The notes under the pieces: generated by a model
What the model was told of the DNA's origin: nothing
Databases searched by the model: none
The model's input: only the letters and a program-made list of their open reading frames with translations
Made by a program: the position numbers and the translations under genes
Origin: Fonticula alba ATCC 38817
Lineage: Eukaryota; Protista; Nucleariida
Length of the DNA stretch: 5,312 bases
NCBI GenBank assembly: GCA_000388065.2
Contig: KB932202.1
Direction: 5' to 3' (one strand)
Shown here: one piece after another, positions 1-5,312 of the stretch
Layout of the letters: each line of letters begins with the position of its first letter
Position numbering within the stretch: the first letter of the stretch is position 1

Positions 1-159
1 CCCCCCCCCCCCCTCTCCCCTCCCTTTCGCCGCTGCCCATCGGGTGGGCACCGACGTCTTGCCACTATTCACGACAGGGTCCTAACAACTTCCCTTCCAT
101 GCTCTCCCTCTCTCCCCACCATTCACCATCCGTCCTGCTTGCATGTCCCACGTTCACAG
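1..159 (+). other. 3' part of a spliceosomal intron (5' end outside window) preceding the main exon of gene 1
   Basis: Ends in TTCACAG (AG at 158-159). CTAAC branch-point-like motif at 82-86, followed by a pyrimidine-rich tract with no other AG between 78 and 157. The in-frame codons 99-158 include TCA, CCA, GCA and ACA, whereas A-ending codons are nearly absent after 160. Confidence 0.7.
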
Positions 160-1508
160 TGGCTGCCGCCGCCGTTGTTTCGGCCAACGAGTGCGGCCCT
201 CATGTTGAGCAGAACTACCGCGAGATGTGCTTCGAGACTGAGGACTCTCTCTGCACTGGCCCCTGCGCCGTGGCCACCGGCAACTACCACACTTGCTTCT
301 CTGCCGAGTCTTGCAACTCCCTCGTCCAAAAGCACTGGGAGCAGTGCAGCGAGAGCCATGAGGTGAACAACTACTACACCCGTAACATTGAGTACCTGTG
401 TGGCAACAGCGCCGGCTCTGGCTCCATCCCCACCTCTGGCTCCGGCTCCGCCCCTGGTTCCGGTTCCACTCCGGGCTCTGGCTCCACTCCGGGCTCTGGC
501 TCCACTCCGGGCTCTGGCTCCACTCCGGGCTCTGGCTCCGCTCCGGGCTCTGGCTCCGCTCCTGGCTCCGGTTCCGCCCCTGGCTCCGGTTCCGCCCCTG
601 GCTCCGGTTCCGCCCCTGGCTCCGGCTCTGCCCCTGGCTCTGGCTCCGCTCCGGGCTCTGGCTCCACTCCCGGCTCCGGCTCCACTCCTGGCTCTGGTTC
701 CACTCCTGGCTCCGACTCCGGCTCCACTCCTGGCTCTGGTTCCACTCCTGGCTCCGGCTCCGGCTCCACCCCTGGCTCCGGCTCTGCCCCCAGCTCTTCT
801 GGCTCTGCCCCCAGCTCTTCTGGCTCTGCTCCCAGCTCCTCTGGCTCTGCTCCCAGCTCCTCTGGCTCTGCCCCCAGCTCCTCTGGCTCTGCCCCCAGCT
901 CCTCTGGCTCTGCCCCCAGCTCCTCGGGCTCTGCCCCCAGCTCCTCGGGCTCCGCCCCCAGCTCCTCGGGCTCCGCCCCCAGCTCTTCTGGCTCCGCCCC
1001 CAGCTCTTCTGGCTCCGCCCCTAGCCACTCCGGCTCCGCCCCTAGCTCTTCTGGCTCCGCCCCTAGCCACTCCGGCTCCGCCCCCAGCTCCTCTGGTTCT
1101 GCTCCCAGCTCCTCTGGCTCCGCCCCCAGCTCCTCTGGCTCTGGTTCCGGTCCCCTGGACTTCCCGGCCCCGGGCTCCCCCAACCTTTGCGATGGTGCCT
1201 ACCCTGTCACTCTGGACGAGCTCCAGGCCTACTGTGCCGAGAACTCCCACTCCACTCAGGGTGACTGCGGTGCCAAGTGCGCTTCTGCCACCAACGCCCA
1301 CTACACCTGCACCTCTACCAGCGAGGAGGCCTGCCGTGAGGTCCTGGAGGCCTACGTGGCCCAGTGCGTTGAGTCTCACCCCGACTCTTACGCTGCCAAC
1401 ATCGCCAACGAGCTGCTGTGCAACGACGCCAACAGCATCTTCAAGAGTGCCAGCTACGGTGTCATGGCCGCCATCGCCCTGGCTGCCTTCCTGCTCCAGC
1501 TGAACTAA
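160..1508 (+). CDS. Terminal exon (5'-partial CDS, phase-1 entry) of a secreted, probably GPI-anchored, Cys-rich surface glycoprotein with a Gly/Ser/Pro repeat linker
   Basis: Open frame to TAA at 1506-1508 with very strong C/T/G-ending codon bias. Starts with the end of a signal peptide ([V][12 protein letters not shown]). Contains two homologous 8-Cys domains and a C-terminal small-residue site plus hydrophobic tail. The ORF-track ATG at 99 is probably intronic. Confidence 0.9.
192..401 (+). other. 8-cysteine extracellular domain, copy 1 (C-x11-C-x7-C-x3-C-x9-C-x5-C-x10-C-x17-C)
   Basis: Cys spacing counted from the translation. Shares C-A-x-A-T, T-C, E-x-C and Q-C-x-E-S-H with copy 2. Confidence 0.85.
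438..791 (+). repeat. Coding minisatellite, 18-bp unit, 19 copies of GSGS(A/T)P (two copies extended to 8 aa)
   Basis: For example GGCTCTGGCTCCACTCCG x3 identical at 474-527 and GGCTCCGGTTCCGCCCCT x3 identical at 564-617. Confidence 0.97.
792..1127 (+). repeat. Coding minisatellite, 21-bp unit, 16 copies of S(S/H)SGSAP plus a partial 17th
   Basis: Units of the form AGC-TCY-TCB-GGY-TCY-GCY-CCY. The two SHSGSAP variants start at 1023 and 1065. Confidence 0.97.
1188..1421 (+). other. 8-cysteine extracellular domain, copy 2 (C-x14-C-x10-C-x3-C-x9-C-x7-C-x10-C-x17-C)
   Basis: Four of seven inter-Cys spacings are identical to copy 1 (3, 9, 10, 17), with conserved CASAT/CAVAT and QCVESH/QCSESH. 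Confidence 0.85.
1422..1505 (+). other. Putative GPI-anchor addition signal (omega site within NDANS; hydrophobic tail [16 protein letters not shown])
   Basis: Small residues, then a short polar spacer, then a terminal hydrophobic stretch with no cytoplasmic tail. This is the canonical GPI-signal layout. Confidence 0.75.
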
Positions 1509-1566
1509 GGGTAAATGTATGAGGCGCTCGCGTGCGCGTGCACACACCCACGCCCACACCCACATA

Positions 1567-1620
1567 CAAGCACAAACGCACGCGTCACGCAAGTCACTTT
1601 GTACGTGTGCGTTTGTGTTG
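1567..1620 (+). other. Inverted repeat / candidate 3' UTR stem-loop
   Basis: CACAAACGCACGCGT (1571-1585) pairs with ACGTGTGCGTTTGTG (1603-1617) with one G-T wobble. CAA (1567-1569) pairs with TTG (1618-1620) beyond a 1-nt bulge. Confidence 0.55.
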
Positions 1621-1812
1621 GCCCTCCTCTTTGCCGCCGCCTGCTCCCATGCGCGCGTGCACCGGCACGCGATGTACACCCCCTCCCCATCATCCTCCTC
1701 CTCCGGCGGAGAGGGTAGTTCTCATTGTCGTCCGGGAGGGCAATGTGAGTGTTTGTGGGGGCTGCCGGATGCGGCCGTGCTGAGACATGACTCTTTCCTG
1801 TTCCTTGGAGAG

Positions 1813-1832
1813 ACACACACACACACACACAC
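1813..1832. repeat. (AC)10 microsatellite
   Basis: Direct reading. Confidence 0.95.
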
Positions 1833-2045
1833 TCTTCCCCCTTTCCTCTTAGTGTCCCCTTTACGCGTGGCCCCTTCTCAGTTCTGCCGCGATGCGGCGC
1901 CTATCGGGCCTTTCTCTTCCTCCTGTGTCCCTCTTTCTCTCATGTTGCCCCTCCTCTCGTGTGCATGCCTGCGCGCTTCCTTGTGGCATTCTCCTTTTTT
2001 GCCCCCTTGCGATTCTCTCCCGTGCACTGTGCACATCCCCGCCAG

Positions 2046-2069
2046 GGGGGGGGGGGTACCCCCCCCCCC
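2046..2069. repeat. Perfect 24-bp palindrome G11-TA-C11
   Basis: G12 at 2045-2056, TA at 2057-2058, C11 at 2059-2069. Confidence 0.9.
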
Positions 2070-2138
2070 GGAGAGAAAAGAGCAAATCTCGGAGGTGGGC
2101 AACGCCAAAAAAAAAAGTTGTCAACAAAAAACACACAC

Positions 2139-2144
2139 AATAAA
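2139..2144 (+). terminator. Candidate polyadenylation signal AATAAA for gene 1
   Basis: The first AATAAA I find downstream of the stop codon, within an A-rich island (2107-2146) in GC-rich DNA. It would imply a 3' UTR of about 650 nt. Use of this signal in this organism is unverified. Confidence 0.35.
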
Positions 2145-2212
2145 TACGTCCATGAAAGAGAGAGTAGTCAGCCCAGTTCGAGTGTGCGCGCACATCCGCC
2201 GGCGTGCCTTTT

Positions 2213-2233
2213 CATCATCATCATCATCATCAT
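2213..2233. repeat. (CAT)7 microsatellite
   Basis: Direct reading. Confidence 0.95.
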
Positions 2234-3542
2234 CGTATCCCTCCATCCGGCGGCCGGGCTCGTCGCTTCTCTCCTCTCTGTTCATGCGGTCTTTTGGAGA
2301 AGGAGGGAGAGGGGGGGGGGGAAAGGAGGGACGGCATGCGAGCAGAGACAGAGCCAGCAGGAGAAGGCAGCATGGCAATGTTGCCAGCTGGACCTTTTTC
2401 TCGCCAAGCGCCTGGGCCGATACAGCCTGGAGGGGTGCCTTTTTCGACCTACCAAGGTTGGGTGTGTGTGTGGCTTGCTGCGCACACCACACCATTTGCC
2501 CGTCCGACATGGTGTCGCCTTTTTCATCCCCCCCCCCCCCGCTCTCTCCTCTCCTGCTGTGCCTCCCTCCTCAACTATTCCCGGCCTATCGTCATGCCCT
2601 CCTCACGTACAGTGCTGTGTCCTTCATGGTTTCATGCTGGGATGTCTGCCCTTGCGGCCTCCCTCCCCCGCACTTGGGCGTATGAATAGAAGCACTCGGG
2701 GCGGCTTTGCTGCTGGCCCCTCTCCCGAAGTTCTGGATACGTGTCCGGGCCGCTCTCCCTACCTTCAGGAGGTCCGTGGCCGAAGGGCACGCCAAGCAGA
2801 ACGCCGGCCGAAGCCGATGCGGGAATCGAAGATGTGCCTGCACGGGTGCCAGCCACAGGGCCGAGCCAGGTGGACCAGCGCATTCCATGGAGAGGTGGAT
2901 CTGCACAGTGCTTGTGGCCGCCAGCCACTCCAATCAGGGCGGGCCCCCACACCCACCAGACCCCGGAAGGGGAATGTGCCCGTGCAAAGTATGGGGGGCC
3001 AGGGCTGGATGCTTTTGGCGCCGGCCGGGCGCGCCTTTTGGCGTGGCACACGCGTGCCTATGTCGAGAACAAGGGCGCACGATGGCCTCATCCATTCCAC
3101 GATGTCAGACCCTGCCGGATGCTCGACTGACGATCCAGACGACAAGGGCTTAAGCGCCCGATCCAACAGCGCCCTTCAGATGATGATGATCACACGAGGA
3201 GGTCACACGATCAAATACACTACTCAGGGTATACCCCGGCTTTTCAGCATGCACGTTTATCCTCCCACCAAGGGGAGCAGAGCATGGGGGCCCTCATCAG
3301 TGGGCCGAGTGGCGGGACCTGCTCCAAGGCTCAAGCTTCCGCGGGCCTGCCCGTCCAAGGGGTGGAGCCCATGCTTGCTCTTTGCCTTCCTCACATGTGG
3401 CGCGGGACTGGTCGCCCGGATTTTCACGGTACGGGCCTGGCCGGCTGGCGATGTCTAATTTTCCAGTCATCTCCTGCTACAGATGACTGATTCGGCACGA
3501 GTCAGCCGTGTGCGTACCAACCTCCTCGGCGGTCTGGCCTTC

Positions 3543-3653
3543 GGGGGGGGGGGGGGGGGAACCACGCCCCCGCTCCCGCCCTCCCTCTTGGCCCCCCGCT
3601 TCTTCGATAGGCCGCTGACTGGGAGGGCGGTGAGGGCGGGGGCGGGGGCGGGG
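3543..3653. other. G17 run plus G-quadruplex-compatible / GC-box cluster
   Basis: G17 at 3543-3559. Six G-tracts of 3 or more at 3621-3653 (GGGAGGGCGGTGAGGGCGGGGGCGGGGGCGGGG). Complementary C-tracts at 3567-3597. Confidence 0.6.
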
Positions 3654-3806
3654 CTCACGAGGGGCACCCCGACGTTGCGACCGTTGGATCCTCTTGGCCC
3701 GGCCTCGCTACCCAACGAACGCGTGCCCTGGGTCCGGTCGAGCTGGTTTCATGCGGCCCTCCGTGTGTCCGGGTCGCACACGGGGCGAGGGCGGTGTGGA
3801 TACAAA

Positions 3807-3827
3807 AACAACAACAACAACAACAAC
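3807..3827. repeat. (AAC)7 microsatellite
   Basis: Direct reading. Confidence 0.95.
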
Positions 3828-4064
3828 ATAAGAGTGGTTTGGTAGTCGGAGGGGGCTACGGGACCGAGACACGCAGCCAGCCCTTGGGCCCACTGCTGAC
3901 CGCACCCCGGAGTCTGTTCAGGTCGCCGCGTCTGTGCGACCCAGCCCGGGCCCGGCGGATGCCGCGCATTCGACAGGCGTGCCCCCCCCCCCTCCCCCTC
4001 CCTGTTGACCGAGAGGATCCCCCCGGCCGCGTCGTAAGAGGGGGGAGGGGCAGGCGAAGTCGAG

Positions 4065-4090
4065 CCCGATCCATCTTTTCTCTATTTAAG
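4065..4090 (+). promoter_or_regulatory. Candidate core promoter of gene 2: CCCGATCC-N10-TATTTAAG
   Basis: TATA-like TATTTAAG at 4083-4090 in GC-rich DNA, about 100 nt before a GCCACCATGG Kozak start. Same layout as the gene 3 promoter. Confidence 0.6.
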
Positions 4091-4187
4091 ACCGGGCTCC
4101 CGGGTGTCGCGCTGTCCCGGGGCCCAGACAGACGCTCTCGAACTGCCCTTCTTTAGCCTCGTCCCCCTCACCTCACACCCCGCCACC

Positions 4188-4265
4188 ATGGATCTGCCCG
4201 TCATCGACCTCGCCAAGTTCCTCGAGAACCCGGATTCCCCGGAGGCCATCGCCGAGTGCGAGGCT
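4188..4265 (+). CDS. Exon 1 (3'-partial) of a probable 2-oxoglutarate/Fe(II)-dependent dioxygenase (DIOX_N / isopenicillin N synthase-like family): MDLPVIDLAKFLENPDSPEAIAECEA
   Basis: Perfect Kozak GCCACCATGG (4182-4191). LPVIDL is the hallmark start of the DIOX_N domain (PF14226). Same codon bias as gene 1. Ends at a phase-0 donor GTACGT (4266-4271). The family call rests on 26 aa only. Confidence 0.7.
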
Positions 4266-4290
4266 GTACGTGCCGGCCCCCCCCCCCCCC
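4266..4290 (+). other. 5' end of intron 1 of gene 2 (GTACGTGC, then C14) running into the gap
   Basis: The first 8 nt match the gene 3 donor, and the coding codon bias stops here. Confidence 0.7.
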
Positions 4291-4397
4291 NNNNNNNNNN
4301 NNNNNNNNNNNNNNNNNNNNNNNNNNNNNNNNNNNNNNNNNNNNNNNNNNNNNNNNNNNNNNNNNNNNNNNNNNNNNNNNNNNNNNNNNNNNNNNNN
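4291..4397. other. Assembly gap (107 N) flanked by poly-C on both sides
   Basis: C14 at 4277-4290 and C10 at 4398-4407. The true gap size is unknown. Confidence 0.99.
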
Positions 4398-4742
4398 CCC
4401 CCCCCCCGCTGCCGCCCAGACACCCAGAGGTGCTCCATTCGGGTCGCCAGGCCTATTACTGCGGCACATTCCTTCCCGGCTGGCTTGTGTCGGTGACGCA
4501 CTCCCCCTCCGTGCAGCCCGACAGGCAACCGTGTCTCCTTCCTGCGCTGAGGGAAGCCTGTCGAGGGGGGCCCAATACCGTGAAACCAAAAGTACCAGGC
4601 ACCACTGAGAACCCTGGCACTTTCCCTCCCCGGAATCCTTCTCACCGCCTGTGTGTGCCCCACCTCCTCGAGGTCAGTCATCCCCACGCGCCGGGGAACG
4701 GCGAAGCAGGCGGCCTGGGCTGCCGGGAAATAACAACAAACG

Positions 4743-4764
4743 CCCCCCCCCCCCCCCCCCCCCC
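4743..4764. repeat. C22 homopolymer
   Basis: Direct reading. Other C/G runs occur at 1-13, 2311-2321, 2528-2540, 3982-3992 and 5218-5230. Confidence 0.9.
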
Positions 4765-5003
4765 GGGCCCTCTCTCTCCTCCAGCCCCACACCTGCCTCT
4801 CTTGAGAGCGGCCTCGGGACCGAGGAAACTGGGCACGCGGAGAGGATGGGCATGGAGCCTGGTGGCCCGGGTCGGGGAGGGCGGCGGGAGGGGGAGAGGC
4901 GTTTGGGATCGTACCTGGACCGCGCTTGTCCCGCCACGCGCCTCCCGGTCGTGCGTTTCCCCTCCTGCCACTGTGGAGCGCGCCCTCTTGCGTCCTCAGC
5001 GCC

Positions 5004-5029
5004 CCCGATCCCGATGACGCATATATAAG
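5004..5029 (+). promoter_or_regulatory. Candidate core promoter of gene 3: CCCGATCC-N10-TATATAAG
   Basis: Canonical TATA (TATATAAG at 5022-5029) about 135 nt before CACCATG. CCCGAT is tandemly doubled (5004-5015). Confidence 0.7.
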
Positions 5030-5156
5030 CGGGCCCTCTTGAGGCCGGGAGTTAATTCGCTTGGAATACACACGACCACCTTTCCACCCCACGAAAAGCA
5101 AGTCGAATATTCTCCGCAACAGCACCCCCTCCACAACCCCCTCCACTTCCTTCACC

Positions 5157-5199
5157 ATGTCCCGCCTTTCCACCACCGCCATCTGCCTCTTCGCCCTCG
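5157..5199 (+). CDS. Exon 1 (3'-partial) of a secreted protein: N-terminal half of a signal peptide, MSRLSTTAICLFAL + 1 nt
   Basis: CACCATG context, basic n-region then hydrophobic h-region, only C/T/G-ending codons, and a phase-1 donor G|GTACGT at 5200. Read through into the intron, the frame degrades to poly-Pro. Confidence 0.8.
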
Positions 5200-5312
5200 G
5201 TACGTGCACATCGATGACCCCCCCCCCCCCTCCCTGCCCCATGCATCCATGGACACACACACATACATAGTCTTCGGCCCACTTGCGAGTTGTGCCACAC
5301 GGTCCTTGGATC
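5200..5312 (+). other. 5' part of intron 1 of gene 3 (GTACGTGC ... C13 ... (AC)5), continuing beyond the window
   Basis: Donor at 5200-5207, C13 at 5218-5230, AC repeat at 5253-5262. Confidence 0.7.

Noticed and set aside
1-60. Possibility that the window is circular or overlapping, with the C13 at 1-13 being the C13 at 5218-5230
   Set aside because: The sequences after the two C-runs differ (TCTCCCCTCCCTTTCG versus TCCCTGCCCCATGC), so they are different intron segments.
192-401. CFEM or plant LTP/prolamin 8-Cys domain
   Set aside because: There is no CxC or CC pair; the smallest Cys spacing is 3.
438-1127. CRISPR-like array
   Set aside because: Units are contiguous with no unique spacers, are in frame within a CDS, and the DNA is eukaryotic.
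123-1679. 518-aa antisense ORF, the 269-aa EPEELGA ORF (374-1183) and the shifted-frame ORFs 139-366, 388-1503 and 398-1024
   Set aside because: Shadows of the real CDS. The in-register antisense frame lacks stops because TTA, CTA and TCA are avoided, and it ends at the first TCA (123-125) in the intron. The other frames stay open because of the repeat.
2168-2233. Minus-strand C/D snoRNA-like pattern (ATGATGA ... CTGA) and a GTTCGAG B-box-like motif at 2176
   Set aside because: The C box is just the (CAT)7 microsatellite, the span is short, and I recognise no terminal stem or guide target. The B-box match is incomplete, with no A-box or cloverleaf.
3157-3236. Third CCCGATCC, an ATGATGA, a TCACACGA direct repeat (3190-3197, 3203-3210) and the palindrome GGGTATACCC (3227-3236)
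   Set aside because: No TATA at the 10-nt offset, no nearby D box and no downstream exon. These short motifs are compatible with chance.
1519-3458. Long ORFs 1519-2685 and 1959-3458 and overlapping short ORFs
   Set aside because: They run through microsatellites and homopolymers, lack the codon bias of the true exons, and show no recognisable motif. Long stop-free frames are expected at this GC content.
1509-4060. Transposon or retroelement in the long intergenic region
   Set aside because: I found no transposase, RT or integrase motifs, no terminal repeats and no target-site duplication.
4398-5017. Post-gap ORFs as dioxygenase exon 2 (including the weak GLLLRHIP look-alike)
   Set aside because: No coding codon bias and no convincing homology in any frame. 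The ORF-track entries that cross the N run are meaningless.
5061-5270. 69-aa ORF beginning at TTG 5061
   Set aside because: The upstream part is C/A-rich 5' UTR. The real start is CACCATG at 5157, and the part after 5199 is intron.

Overview
GC-rich, intron-containing eukaryotic genomic DNA. The poly-C/poly-G tracts, microsatellites and GTACGT donors suggest a protist; a Fonticula-like opisthokont amoeba is only my guess. I see three + strand gene pieces. (1) The large terminal exon (160-1508) of a secreted, probably GPI-anchored surface protein: an 8-Cys domain, about 260 aa of Gly/Ser/Ala/Pro/Thr tandem repeats (18-bp then 21-bp units), a second homologous 8-Cys domain, and a GPI-type tail. 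Its first exon lies left of the window. (2) A TATA box, a perfect Kozak ATG and exon 1 (4188-4265) of a 2OG-Fe(II) dioxygenase-like gene (DIOX_N start LPVIDL); the rest is not visible after the 107-N gap. (3) A TATA box and exon 1 (5157-5199) encoding half a signal peptide, whose phase-1 intron fits the acceptor of gene 1, suggesting a tandem paralogue. Both visible promoters share CCCGATCC-N10-TAT(A/T)TAAG, and both first introns start GTACGTGC followed by a poly-C run. Region 1509-4060 looks non-coding, and most ORF-track entries are artefacts of GC content or codon bias.
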